Below the pieces are notes generated by a model. That model was not told the origin of the DNA, did not search any database, and worked only from the letters and a program-made list of their open reading frames with translations. 64,000 bases of DNA, taken from positions 70,556,001 through 70,620,000 of the forward strand of contig OZ024744.1 in the NCBI GenBank assembly GCA_964016885.1, read 5' to 3'. The position numbers and the translations under genes were made by a program. How positions within the stretch are numbered: the first letter of the stretch is position 1; each line of letters begins with the position of its first letter. The DNA is from Eledone cirrhosa (taxonomy: Eukaryota). Below, piece by piece: positions 42,751 to 56,497 of this stretch.

Positions 42751-43444
42751 GGCATACGTCAAGACAGGCGGTCTCAAAAGTGAAACTAATTTTACGATTG
42801 TGAATTTGTTTTTTTACAACAGGTCAGTGAAAGTATAATGCAGACACACGCAATTCTATGGATTTCTTAATATATATATGTGTGTGGGTGTGTATATGTG
42901 TGTGTGTATGTATATATATATATGTGTGTGTGTGTTTGTATATATATATATGTGTTTGTGTCATCATCATCGTTTAACGTCTATCTTGCACGCAAGCATG
43001 GGTTTAGACGTATATATATGTGTGTGTGTATATATGTGTTTGTGTGTATATATATGTGTGTTTGTGTGTATATATATATGTGGCCACATACACATATATA
43101 TATACAGACACATATATATACACACAAACACACATATATATATACACACAAACACATATATACACACACACATATATATACGTCTAAACCCATGCTTGCG
43201 TGCAAGATAGACGTTAAACGATGATGATGACACAAACACATATATATATACAAACACACATATATATATATATATATATACATACACACACACATATACA
43301 CACCCACACATATATATATATTAAGAAATCCATAGAATTGCGTGTGTCTGCATTATACTTTCACTGACCTGTTGTAAAAAAACAAACAAATTCACAATCG
43401 TAAAATTAGTTTCACTTTTGAGACCGCCTGTCTTGACGTATGCC
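42751..43444. mobile_element. Nested fully palindromic MITE (GG termini, 9-bp TSD)
   Basis: GGCATACG...CGTATGCC flanked by ATATTTTAA on both sides. It interrupts the right TIR of the Merlin element. Confidence 0.85.
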
Positions 43445-44057
43445 ATATTTTAATAAATATTTATTATAAAAATTCAATGTTTTTCCGTGTAAAAATGAAG
43501 CATGTAAGGTAAAAACCAAGCAGCAGCAACAGCAGCTGATGACGTGTCGTGACGTATCGTGTAGTGGGTGGAGCTAATAACTGATTGTCGATGATGATCA
43601 TTTAGGACACTAAAACCAAAGTATCGCCAAACAATGAATTAATATCGTATATCATTAAGTGTTATTCGCGTTAATTCAGATAAATTGACATGTGTTGCTA
43701 TCATGCAAATGTTACATCAATAAATTCCTTAATATATATAATCATATTTGACGCGGCCATAAGGGAAGATCTGAAATTTGGAGAAGCCTTGTTGGAATGT
43801 AAGTTTGTTTTTTTATTCGATTTGAAGAGATTTCTACCACAATAAATAAATAACAATGAAGATATTTAAATATTTTGAGTGGAATCTCATCTCTTCAATT
43901 TGTCTGTCATGAAAAATGAAGGTGATATCTGTTGAGAGTTTTTAGTTATCGCCTGCTAAATGTTTGATGTGAAGGATAGAGAAGACATTGATTTTGTTTC
44001 GTGTTAGCTATTTTTCTATATTTACGGTGATGTCACTTTTATTATAGTATATTGATG

Positions 44058-44133
<76 letters not shown>

Positions 44134-44494
44134 TAACAGATTAAAGTTTAAGCAAAGAATCGCTGCTTTCACCCTTAACGGGATCTTCAGAAGATCCCGT
44201 TAATTTTTGCTCAACGGTTCTTATATATTTGATATATATTTATCCTTATCGAGCCCTCTTTGGATTTTAGTCTTCAAATTTATTATTATTACTATATATA
44301 TATATATATAGGAACGAGTAGGACCCCGACGGCTGAGCTCAAGCCGTTTCGACGGCTAGTCCAGAATTAGCCGTCGAAAAGGCTTGAGCTCAGCCGTCGG
44401 GGTCTTACTCGTTCCTATTACCCACTCTACTACCCTAAGTATTGAGTACTTTGGTGCGTTATGGTCCATCTGGTTCCTTACCACATTTCCTTCG

Positions 44495-44569
<75 letters not shown>

Positions 44570-44573
<4 letters not shown>

Positions 44574-45033
44574 TATTTTGTGTTGTTCAATTTCTAATTA
44601 AATAGCTCTGTTCTATAGATAGAACACTCTTTTTTCCTTTGCTTTTTCTTCGGAATTACCTAACACACAAACACACACATATATATATATAACTCAGTAC
44701 TTCTGATATATGTATATATTAATTCAAAATATTAACAAAATAGATATTCTTGTGATCAATTATATTTTATTATACATATTTCAGAAGTACTGAGTTATAT
44801 ATATATGTGTGTGTTTGTGTGTTAGGTAATTCCGAAGAAAAAGCAAAGGAAAAAAGAGTGTTCTATCTATAGAACAGAGTTATTTAATTAGAAATTGAAC
44901 AACACAAAATATAACTACTCCATTACCAAAGGTTACTCTGTCTGACGACTGATCCAGACGTATATTATTATCGTCTGCAATCCAGAAAACTTTGGTAATG
45001 GAGTAATATTTTGTGTTGTTCAATTTCTAATTA

Positions 45034-45038
<5 letters not shown>
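44570..45038. repeat. Stacked fold-backs with partial hammerhead motifs
   Basis: Arms ~44570-44705 / ~44781-44915. A second inversion at 44917-45005 encloses CTGACGA..GAAA. Confidence 0.65.
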
Positions 45039-45097
<59 letters not shown>

Positions 45098-45273
45098 TAC
45101 TTCTGCGTTCACAGATTGATTTTTTTTAGTTTCAGAAGATCCCGTTAAGGGTGAAAGCAGCGATTCTTTGCTTAAACTTTAATCTGTTATTTTAATATTT
45201 AAATATATATATATATATATATAGGAAAAGGTATGACCCGACGGCATATGTATATATATATACATATATATAT

Positions 45274-45383
<110 letters not shown>

Positions 45384-45499
45384 TATAATAAAAGTGACAT
45401 CACCGTAAATATAGAAAAATAGCTAACACGAAACAAAATCAATGTCTTCTCTTTCCTTCATATCAAACATTTAGCAGGCGATAACTAAAAACTAAGCCG

Positions 45500-45900
45500 A
45501 CCTTACCCAATTACACCTCTCAAAGGCAATGACACACGACCGTGAGCTCTGGCGTCACGCAGTAATACAGAGTACCCGACCTCCCATGGGTACAAGCTGA
45601 AGCATATAGACAATATGCCCCCACACCTCCCACCGCAAGGTGGTCGTGGAGGTGCCACGGCAAAAAAAGCACCCAGCCCACACTGTAAAGTGGACGTGTA
45701 GGCACCACGAAAAAGCACCCAGCACTCACTGTAAATGAGGTTGGTGTTAGGAAGGGCATCCAGCTGTAGAAATCAAGCCAAATCAGTTCCTGTATGAGCA
45801 AGGCATGGTCAGCCGACCAGACACTGCCCACAACAGGACAACCCGTCTAACCCATGCTAGCGTGGAAGAACGGACGTAAAACGGTGATGATGATGTTGAT
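45500..45900 (+). mobile_element. RTE-tail-associated repeat ending in (GAT)n (copies ~47750, 48170, 51730, 52190, 52900, 56680)
   Basis: Shared GGTTGGTGTTAGGAAGGGCATCCAGCTGTAGAAA and CCCATGCTAGC..GGACGTTAAA(TGA)n tail. Confidence 0.6.
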
Positions 45901-46249
45901 AATGATATATATATATATATCCGAGTTTTCTTTACCCCAAGCCCCCGAGCAGGGGGGTGAAATTTCCGACCGAGAGTCCTCCGCCCCCCGTTTTCCGGAG
46001 AAAAAGTCTTTTACAACATATTCGGAAGTAAGATTGGCTGGTAGCACATGAAAAAAAAAAAAACGAGGGAAAAAGAAGCGGTAAAGAAAACTCGGGAATC
46101 AGTTGAGGGATTCCAAGAGTCCACCCCATCTCCGTCTTCCTTTTCCTGGGGAAAAAATCCTTTGCACATATAAGGGAGTAAATTTAATTAATAGCACACG
46201 AAAAAAATATTATATTTCACTGAAATCGATGAGGGTGCCTTTCTATAAT

Positions 46250-46533
46250 AATTGTTTCTACTTTTGGCACAAGGCCAGAAATTACCCAGTACATTACTGG
46301 TACTTTATTTTATCGACCCCATAAGGATGAAAGGCAAAGTTAACCTCAGTGGGATTAGAACTCAGACCGTAAAGGACGTAACTATGCTAGAAGGCATGGC
46401 GTCCAACCCTCTACCGATACTGCCAATCCACCGTCTTTCTATAATAATTGTTTCTACTTTTGGCACAAGGCCAGCAAATTACTCAGTGCATTACTAGTAC
46501 TTTATTTTATCGACCCCGTAAGGATGAAAGGCA
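46250..46533 (-). mobile_element. Tandem tRNA-derived SINE copies
   Basis: Same family as 1-530. Confidence 0.72.
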
Positions 46534-47973
46534 ACAGATATTTTTCTTTTATCTCATTTTTTTTACCGTGTGTTTTCAACGATTCTGATCTTCAAACCCG
46601 TGTATAGGAGGGAGGTCAGTGCCGGATTTACCATTGTGCTTAGGTATGCTTAAGCACAGGGCAAACAATTTTTACTGGGCCTATGTCCTTCAGGACTCAA
46701 GTAAGGGGCCTTATAACTTAACTAACACAGGGCCTCTGGGAGGGTGCGGTTGATGTAGACCTCTGTACATGCAGAAAAGCAGGTCTTCTCAGGCGGCGGT
46801 GTAACACACATCTATTTGTATATGCGCTACAATTTATGTACATGTTAATTTTATCGCATATCAAAGTTTTTTTATATCTTGGTTGATATTTGATAATAAC
46901 AACTAAACTAATCACTACAACTAAATTTGCATTCCCCTCCCTCTTCAATTCAGAAATGCTTCCACCGCTCCTGTTCTGCAGTATGGACACCTGAGAACTC
47001 GATCCTGTGTCATCTCCTTTAGAGAAGTTTAATTGTGCGAGGTCAGTTTTTACCACATCGTCCCAAACTTTCCTATGTCTCCTTCTTCCATAGTTTCCAT
47101 CAACTACAAGAGGCTTTGTCACACATGTACACTTCTACAACATATCCATCAAAACATGCTTGTTTCATTTCTTCTCAATCTTCGTAGGTCCTCTGCACAG
47201 ACTGCCTAGGTCCCATTTGCATGTCCCCCCAAAAATGTATACACACTTTGTTGTTGAAGTATGTATAATTTTTGGGAGACACCCGTATATATATATATGT
47301 GTGTGTGTGTGTTTATGTAAGAAAAATTATATTTTCCCTTAAATATATTTTTTGCTTGCTATTTTTGTTATATATATAATTATACCTAAATATAATGTAT
47401 ACATGGAGCTCTGTAAAAATATAGATTATGGCCTGTATTTATGGTATAATATAACTGAAATAATTATATATATATGTATATATATATATTTATTTCTAAA
47501 TCAAAAGTAGAAGATATATATATATAGAGAGAGAAAGAACCATATATCCAGAGAAGACACAGTATACTAAATACATATTACAGAGAACATGTACCCAAGA
47601 TGAAATCAAAAGTTACCCTATGGCACCATTTTGTTAACTGTAAACTGAGCTAATTTATTGAGAAGCACATAATTCTAACATATTTGATATGTTACATTTC
47701 TATATATATATATATATATCTGTAAAGGTATGTTGGTATCACAGAACATCCAGTCTACACTAAAGAGGTTGTGTAGGAGTCATGGTAAAAAGGCTCCCAG
47801 TCTACACTATAAATGTGGTTGGTGTTAGGAAGGGCATCCAGCTGTAGAAAACCTGCCAGATACAGTCCTATACGAGCAAGACACGGTCACCCGATCAATC
47901 TTGCCTCAAGTGGGACAATTGCCATCTAACTCATGCTAGTGTGGAAGATAGACATTAAACAATGATGATGATG

Positions 47974-48005
<32 letters not shown>

Positions 48006-48590
48006 GAAGGTGCATGGCTTAGTGGTTAGAGCATTGGGCTTGCAATCGAAAGGTTGTGAGTTCAATTCTCAGACCGGGTGACGTGTGGTTTCCTTGAGCA
48101 AGACACTTTATTTCACATTGCTCCAGTTTACTCAGCTGTAGAAATGAGATGATAGGACCGGGGTCCCTATCATTCCACTGCAAAGTGGTCGTGGAGGTGC
48201 CACGGCAAAAAATCACCCAGCCCACACTGTAAAGTGGACGTGTAGGCGCCACAGAAAAAAAGCACCCACCACTCACTGTAAATGAGGTTGGTGTTAGGAA
48301 GGGCATCCAGCTGTAGAAATCAAGCCAGAATCAGTTCCCGTATGAGCATGACAAGGTAAGGGTATTGGTTCGATTCATGGGATGCGTGTTGTGTTCTTGA
48401 GCAAAACACTTCATTTCACGTTGCTCCAGTATACTCAGCTGAAAATGAGTACTGGCAATAGCTGGGGGTTTAACCCTGAGATGAACTGGCAATCTGTCCA
48501 GGGTGTAGTCTTTACTCTCAGTTGCTTCATGCCATAAAACAGGGATAAGCACTGGCCAAATGAGCCTGCTGGCTTAAGACAGACTTTAGA
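48006..48590 (+). mobile_element. Second tRNA-derived SINE family (two pieces; fragment also at 15465-15595 -)
   Basis: A box TGGCTTAGTGG, B box AGTTCAATTC, conserved CCTTGAGCAAGACACTT central domain. Confidence 0.7.
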
Positions 48591-48662
48591 CTTTATATAT
48601 ATATATAAAATAATTAAGTCAAATATGTAAAATTTGGCTTTGTTTATTATTAATTAAAAATT

Positions 48663-48716
48663 ACTGCTATATATATTTCGGTGACAGCCATTATTGGCGT
48701 GACCTCTTCAGGCAGT
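48663..48716 (-). ncRNA. Minimal type I hammerhead ribozyme
   Basis: actgc-CTGAAGA-ggtcacgcca ataa tggctgtcacc-GAA-ATATATAT-A-gcagt. Confidence 0.78.
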
Positions 48717-48873
48717 CCGAATCTGCATACTGAGGTGTCGGTAAACAACCAACATATACTAAAAAAAATATATATATAATATATATATATATGTAGAAGG
48801 TGAGTAGAACAATAAAACTATGCATATATCAGATAAGTAGCACTCAACAGTTGGTAGAACTGGAGTATATATT

Positions 48874-49184
48874 AAAGAAGAAATTAAAAGATGGTTAAAG
48901 AAGTTCCATATATTTTATTATGCGTATTTCGAAAACAACATCATCCTGGGACAAAAATTGTGTTCTCATCAGATAAAATAAGGTAACATGATATGAGGCC
49001 TAAAAACAGTTGTCAACATATGTAGGCTTTGCACTTTCCTGTTCACAAGTGTTTTTAGGCCTCATATCATGTTACCTTATTTTATCTGATGAGAACACAA
49101 TTTTTGTCCCAGGATGATGTTGTTTTTGAAATGCACATAATAAAATATATGGAACTTCTTTAACCATCTTTTAATTTCTTCTTT
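48874..49184. repeat. Fold-back with hammerheads on both arms (48911-48980 -, 49078-49147 +)
   Basis: tattttat-CTGATGA-gaacacaat..gttgttttt-GAA-ATGCACAT-A-ataaaata. Related to the 18132 unit. Confidence 0.8.
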
Positions 49185-49489
49185 TATATATATATATATA
49201 TATATCATCATCACCACCATCATCATGTTATGTCCGCTTTTCCCTATTCATATGTGTGTGTGTGTGTACATAATAAACAAAATCTCTAAATGGTTTAAAT
49301 ACACAACTGTCCAATATATGAATGGCTAGATGTCAGCAGAAAGGCACCCTGGAGTTATGACCTGGATGTGGCCAGGCCTCCATACTGTAAGAAATTAAGG
49401 GCTGAAAAACTTGCAAGTGTGGGATTTCTTCTCTGAAGACCTTTTGCTTTCCAGCTCTCATGAGAGTTTCTTATATGCATATATATACG

Positions 49490-49537
<48 letters not shown>

Positions 49538-49541
<4 letters not shown>

Positions 49542-50788
49542 TTGTAGGCTGACCAAAATACTCTCATGGAAAGTGACCAAATGAGGTTTATTTTTCAACA
49601 TAGTCCCCCTTGCAGTCCACACAATTGGTGTTGCAGTGCTTGAATCCCATTGGTGAAGAAGCTTTCATCTTGTTGGTAAAAAAAAAGTCATCAATAGCAG
49701 ATATGACATCATCATCACTGCGATACTGTTCCCAGCCAAGTGTTTTTTTCATATTGGGAAACAGACAGATGATAGTCAGATGGGACCAAATCAGGAGAAT
49801 TAGGGAGGGTGATCAACCATTTCAAAGCTACAGTTACACACAGCAGCCATTGAAACCAAAGACTTGTGTGCTGGAGCATTGTCTTGATGAAACAAGTTTT
49901 CCTGGGCTTTTGGTTTTGATTGCCTTTCACAACTGCCTCTGCAAGTTGGCATAGTACTCCCCATTAATGGTGTGGCCTTTTTAAAGATAGTCAATAAACA
50001 CAATACTTTTTGCATTCCCAAAAATTGAGGCCATCACCTTCCATGCAGATAAACGACTTTGGCCTTCGTTGGAACATGTAGGGACAGGTGCTTCCACTGC
50101 ATGGATTGTCTCTTTGTCTCTAACTCAAAGTGATGACCCCCAACATTCATCCTGGGTTAGGAAACATCTAAGTAAACAAAATGAATCTGCCTCAAACATT
50201 TTCAGATTTTCCCATGATGTGATCAACCTGGTGCGTTTTGATCAGGTGTCAGAAGACCCAGCAGCAGAAACCTCCACCATGCCAAGTTCATTCTGCAGAA
50301 TATTCTCAACTTTCTCATAAGATATGCTAATAGCATTGGCTATTTGATTTATAGTCAATCGCCTGTCATCCATTACCATGTGGTGAACATGATCAATGTT
50401 TTCCTTGGTGGTGGCAGTTACAGGATGTCCAGACCTTGGGTCATCTTCAAGATACTCCCTTCCCCTCCTAAATTCAGCTGCCCACTTTTGCACTGTCGAT
50501 AAAGCTGGAGTATCATCCCCTAATGTAGCAACCATGCCAGCATGAAGGTTCTTGGGGTTTAAACCTTTTTTCTGCAGGTACTTCATAACAGCCAAATTAT
50601 GTCCATTTTGAAGAGAAGTTGCTACTAGTTACTTTTAAATTATCCTTTGAACAGTCAGATGTCATTTTAGCTGGAGAGAAACGGTGTCGTTATAAGTAAT
50701 AAGAGTTGAAATTAATGCATGCAAGATTTCACAGCTCTAGTATCATTCCTTCATTGTCAGCCTATGAACTTTTCAGCCCAACCTTGTA
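49538..50788 (-). mobile_element. Mariner transposon, decayed
   Basis: HTH region (ORF 50242-50595), FHQDNAPAH and SPDLVPSDY motifs. TIR remnant AGTT(T/C)(G/A)TAGGCTGAC at both ends, right end abuts TA. Confidence 0.88.
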
Positions 50789-50837
50789 TATGTCTATATA
50801 TATATGTGTATGTATATGCATAAATAAATGTATATAT

Positions 50838-51660
50838 ATCATCATCATCATCATAGTTTTACATCCACTATTCCACAGTTGCATGGGTTGGACAGGTCTT
50901 GTTCAGTGCAGCATCTCTCCACTTGTTGCGTTCCTTCATCATCTCCTCCATGAGCTTCAGTGACTTGAGATCAGCTCTCAACACATCTGCCCAGATCTTC
51001 CTTGGTCTTCCTCTACAGCAACTTCCCTCCGCTGGGATTTCTTGGCACTTCTTCACATGTCGATACCATTGCAGTCTCCTCTTTTGCACACTATATCTGA
51101 TTCCTCTTACACCCAGTTTCTCTCACAGTTCATCCATGCTTGTCACCCCCCCCCCCCCCCCCCCTATTAACATTGCACATCCATTATGGCATTCTTGCTT
51201 CATTTCTCTCCAGCCTTTCCATATCCTCTGCATTCACTGCATGCTTTTTGTCATGTCACCAACACAACCACTTTACAGGGTGAACTAGGTGCTTTTTGTT
51301 GTATTACCAACATGACCACCTCACCAGGTGCTAATTTGGTCACCTAGAACAGAACAGTAACAGAAGCTATCAACTACTTCTATAGAACCCTCTGAGCATT
51401 TAAAGGAGCTTGTTTCCTATGAACTCTTGCTGCTTACTGCTCCTGTGCATTGACCACTGTAAATCCTATGTTCTTTGTTATCCTGCCTGAGATCCCACAT
51501 CTCTTGTGTACCCATAGTTTGCATAGGATGTAATTTCTACCTACCCCTTTCCTACACATTGAGCAAAGCCATTTCCCTGATGGGATCTGGACCCTGTTTT
51601 GCTTTCTACTTGCTAGGACTTTAGTCTGTGCCAAGCTGACTTTAAGACTTTTTGATTCTA
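50838..51660 (-). mobile_element. RTE-clade LINE 3' relic with (GAT)n tail
   Basis: RRLQWYRHV..RGRPRKIWAD and CSMCRKGVG..WVHKRC motifs. Confidence 0.75.
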
Positions 51661-52374
51661 TATATATATATATATATATGTGTGTTTGTGTGTGTGTGTT
51701 TATATATATATATATATATATATATATCATCATCATCATCGTTTAACATTTATCTTCCATGCTAGCATGGGTTAGATGGGAATTGTCCCATTTGAGGCAA
51801 GATTGGTCGGGTGACAGTGTTTCACTCGTATAGGATTATCTGGCAGGTTTTCTACGGCCGGATGCCCTTCCTAACACCAACCACATTTACAGTGTGGACT
51901 GGGAGCTTTTTACCGTGTTACCTACATGACCACATTACACAGTGGACTGTTTTTTTTTTGTTTTTTTTTGTCGTGACACCTACATAACCTCATTAGTTTG
52001 GACTGGGTGTTGTGGTACCAATATAACTTTGTAGAGAAAGGATGGTGTTGGCGGGAGTGGGTGGATGGAGTAGGGGTAGTGGGTTGGGGTGTATGTTTGG
52101 TTTGGAGGGGCCTACTGACTGTAGGTTAACTTTGCATGTAGGGAAGGTGGGTTTTCTGTATTACTGTGTGGCACCAAAGATCTCGATCCAATCCTCACTG
52201 TAAATGGGGTTAGCATTAGGAAGGGCATCCAGCCGTAGAAAACCAGCCAGAAACACCCCTATTTGAGCGAGACACAGTCACCCGACACAACTTGCCTCAA
52301 AATAGGACCTGTCTAACCCATGCTAGTGTGGAAGATGGACGTTAATCGATGATGATGATATATATTTGAAATAA

Positions 52375-53680
52375 TGACATCCCAGCGCTGTATGAACTCT
52401 GCAAAGATCATAAAATAACCACTGATCTGTGACAGGATCACCAACAAGATCTGTCTGTGGAGCAAACATTGCCAGCAACTACAGGATCTCCTACATCCTC
52501 TCTATAATCATACACCCCATAACCAAGATGTCCCCAGATGTATGTGACAGCATGGAGGACCTCCCCAGCAGAATTAACAAATGCTACTGCAACCCGACAT
52601 CCTGCATAATAAGCAGGATGGATGTAGTATCTTTATACCCATCCATCAACATTGATTTTGCTATGGAGAAATGTGTGGAGATGATCAGCAAGAGCTTCAT
52701 GGATTTTCAAGGTGTTGACACTGAGGAACTGGGCCTCCTCCCAGAATACAACCATAGCTGTCTCTGCCCCAGTAGACCAGTAAGAGAAAAATCCCTTGTA
52801 CGGATAGAAACTGTATAGTCTGTAAAGTAAGCCAGCAGCTAAACTGCAAAACTAGAAATGTAGTCTATAGAATAAGATGCAGAAACAAAACAACGCCATA
52901 CATCATCATCATCATCATCATCATCATCGTTTAACGTCCGTGTTCCACGCTTGCATGGGTTTGGACGGAGGGTTTTCCCACTTGAGGCAAGAGTGGTTAT
53001 CTTGCTCGCATAGGACTATCTGGCGAGTTTTCTACAGCTGGATGCCCTTCCTAACACCAACCACATTTACAGTGTAAAGAGAAGAGATAATAAGGGAACA
53101 CAGACAAGAACTTGAGGAGAAAAGCTCATCTGTGTTATACCGACTTGACAAACTGGAACACAGGGGCTCAATAGATAACAAAGAAATAAAGATCATATCC
53201 ACACAGAACTGATACAACACTCAGGTAAATTATAGAGGCCAAATACATAATAGAAGATAGAGCTAGCCTGAATAAAAAACATGTAGAACAATAACAGCCC
53301 AAAGCCTAACGACTAAAGACAGATATGGGGGAAAAAAGAGACAAACAGTGAAAGATACAAACCCCCAGACACACACACACATAAAGTGCACATAGACATG
53401 ACCAACACAAAGTCACACACACAGGAGAAGGCACAAGCACAAATGCATGAGCAGACACAAATCACACTAAACACCAGAAAACAAAAGACAAGATGGAATA
53501 ACAGATTTGTCAGCATAATGTTACAAATAAAAAGAGAAAAAAACGAAAGAAAAGGGAAAGGAAAAAAGAAGAAAACACACAGATCTAGGACCACATACAA
53601 CAAAAGCAGGTGAAAAGGCTGGACACAAGAACTGCTGCCAGAGAAAAAGATAACAATATCACGAGGAGCACTGGAAAACC
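52375..53680 (+). mobile_element. Penelope-like relic (RT + GIY-YIG tail), family A; pLTR resumes at 55480-55635
   Basis: DVVSLYPSI motif. 53080-53280 resembles the C-terminus at 1810-2030. A degenerate family A hammerhead lies at ~55486-55530. Confidence 0.65.
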
Positions 53681-53689
53681 TCTCTAATA

Positions 53690-55478
53690 GTTTTTGAGGC
53701 AAGCCAGCATACTCGCAATGTTACCTTGGGTGATGGCAAGGCTGATGAACAGGAACAGGCAAGCACTTTCACGAGCATCACCAGTTACCTCGGTTAGGTG
53801 AGCAGCCAATGAAGTCAAGAACCTTGCAGTTAGCAACCCAACTCCTCCAAACATCTTGAATGCCACAGGCTAGAAAATGGAGTTAACCGACAGATCACGG
53901 TATTTCAGGATTTTGTTCTGTTCAGCTCTGAAAGATGTAGCTCTTGCCCTAACTGTAGCATCCCGGATGTGGGAAGAAACAAAAGAGTCACTAACTGTGA
54001 CATCCCAGATAAGACGCCTGCCTCTTATCCAGGGATACAGGGTAATACTGTCAGGTCTTTACTCTTCAATTTTGGACAACCCTGACGGTTCCAAAATTGA
54101 GGGGATGTTTGCCTGGGCCAAAGCTCTCTTGATGGTGAGGTTTGGTTCAGTGTGACATGCGAAGCAACCAGCATTCAGGTGGCAATATAGACCATGAAGG
54201 CCTATGGAGTTGAGGAGCCTACCACACCAACATTTCAGACCCATACTGATGTCAGCTCCCACTCTGAGGGAAATGGAGACACAAAGCTCATTCAAGCTGA
54301 GTAGGCTACCAATGTTAATCACAGGTAGGGCATCAACCCAGTCACCTGAGTATTTGCGCAAGCAGACAGTAAGTGGCACCTTGAAAATTGATCTGACTGG
54401 TCAAAGAGAGAATCAAAAGTGACCTTCTCATGTATATTGTCTGAAACTCTCTGTCTTAAATTTGTGCTCCACCTTGTCAGAAACAGAAACCCAACTCTCT
54501 CCATCATAGAAGAGCTTCATCCACCTCTCTTTTGGAATTAGTCCATGTTGGAAAGGAGAAGATATTGTTCACCAGGGTGGAGGAAAGGAAGCAAAGGAGA
54601 GAGAGGGACAAGCATTTACATAGACCAAGGCCTCCGAATCATTTGGCCAATGCAGCCTGACCACGACACACAGGGGAGAGTCTGACATTGACCAAGCACT
54701 CGAGCCTCTCAAAGATTAGGCTGTTGAAGCGTTGGAGACATGACAAAAATCTGTGAGATGGGCTAACCCTGAGATTATATAGAAGCTTAGGAATCGAAAG
54801 GTAATTACAGAGTGTGAAAAACCTTGGTGGGGTTTGATTGCCTCAATGTTCTTCAATAATTGCTCAAGGCTAACCATCTTGAGTTCCAAGCTGAAGGGGG
54901 AGAAACTGCAATGGAAAGGAAGGACTCTGCAAACAGGTCAATTGTCTGTTGATGTTGAGAAGCTGGGTGGTTGAGAATCCAGAGCTCTCATTTGGAGCTA
55001 TTGACCTGAAGACCCTAACGACCAAGCTCCTCAATCATTTTGTTAGCAATTGTGAGGTACCCCCAAACAAGCATCATCAAGATACTAAACGTTTAGATTG
55101 AGCTCAACCCCAATCTTGGTGATGCCATCAATACCCAGTGCAAACAGAGTGGGCCTAAACGGGTCACCCCATTGAATTCCTGAGATAGAAATGGTGATTT
55201 GGTCACAATAGAGGAAGAAGGGCTCTAGAAAAGCCTGCCAAACAAAGTGGTACAGTTGTGGGACCCTCTCTCTTACTGAGCTGAGGGTGACATCACAACT
55301 GACAGAGATGAAGGCATTCTTGAGGTCAAGTTTGAGGATGTCGTACCCACCCCTAGCTGAATGGGGGAAAATTCCTCCAATAGTGAGTCAGACTGATAAC
55401 AAACATATCTTTGTAGTAAGATGACAAGGGGTGCAACCAACTGCAATGGGGCGCAGATCTCTGTTGTCACAAAAGAGG
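53690..55478 (-). mobile_element. CRE-like (restriction-like endonuclease) non-LTR relic
   Basis: GIQWGDPF and YLDDA (RT), CWCG..HGLYC, RPDSITLYPW..LIWDVTV, PVAF..FGG. Confidence 0.75.
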
Positions 55479-55642
55479 ACAGATAGTCATTGAGGGGGTC
55501 ATAGAATGTGTGACAAAAGAACTTTGTCAAACTACCCAATAACTAATAATAAAGATAAAGTGAAAAAGTGAAAATCATGCGGCGTGTGTGTTTCTTTTTA
55601 TTGGCAATACTGACAACATGACCATCCCCAAATATATATATA

Positions 55643-56497
55643 CTAGCTGACATACCCAGCTTCGCCCGGGTAAACAGATGATAAGAGAAGACAGGTAAAA
55701 GAGAAAATGACTGTATTGGATGTTTGTCTGGTTACAGTATGAGGCGAGTCTGTGGTGTCTGTGTGATACAGAAAACAGTAAAAAAAATCTTCCTGATATA
55801 CCAGATTCTTCGTTGTACTGTTTGTGCATAGTATATGAACAATTCTAGGTGCTCACACCTAGAATAGTGACCTCTAGGAGATGGTTCATCTTCTGCCTGA
55901 CTGTAAAACGGGTATCATTGCATAGATGTGGTTGTTCCACGTTTCTCAAAAGGATGATGGAAGTTCCAATCTTTTATATTATATGTAGATATAGATATAG
56001 ATAATTAATATAAAAGATGACGCTCAGCCAGTTCGTCTTCAACCATCGCAACACGCCGTCGCTGCTTGGCTCCAGTGTTTCGTTGGCGTTGTCCAGCCAG
56101 CTCCTCTTCATTCATGGCGGCACGTCTTCGCTTCTGAAGTTCGGCATTCAGATGGCGCTGTTCGGCCCATTTTTCTTCATTCCTGGCTGCACGCCGTCAC
56201 CGCTGTAGTTCACTGTTTGATAAAGTCAAATTGCTTTTACTTTCTGGGGAACGCTGCACGCACACACACACATAAACATACGCGTACGTACATACACACT
56301 CACACATGGTAATAGTTACAGCGTTCACTTTGCCTCTCTGTTTCTTACTCTCCCCTCTAACTCCCTCAATGACATTATGCATATTAATTTCAGTTTGGCA
56401 TCGTTGAGGTGGGCTGAGTCGTTTGAAACCTATGAACCAATGATAATCGAGAATTATGACACACGGAATAATGACATTGTTGAAATTAATATATAGA
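55643..56497 (-). mobile_element. Non-autonomous Helitron with RepHel traces
   Basis: TC start at 56497, hairpin+CTAG at 55643. KIGTSIILLRN..LCNDTR (PIF1) and R/E/A-rich N-terminal repeat. Confidence 0.75.

Larger units (their letters stand above)
42093..43628 (+). mobile_element. Merlin (IS1595/ISXO2-like) DNA transposon, deleted
   Basis: ~190-bp TIRs beginning GGCGATAC. Perfect 8-bp TSD AAACAATG (42085-42092 / 43629-43636). Confidence 0.9.

Noticed and set aside
48006-48080. tRNA gene
   Set aside because: It has A/B boxes but no complete cloverleaf and continues into a SINE body.
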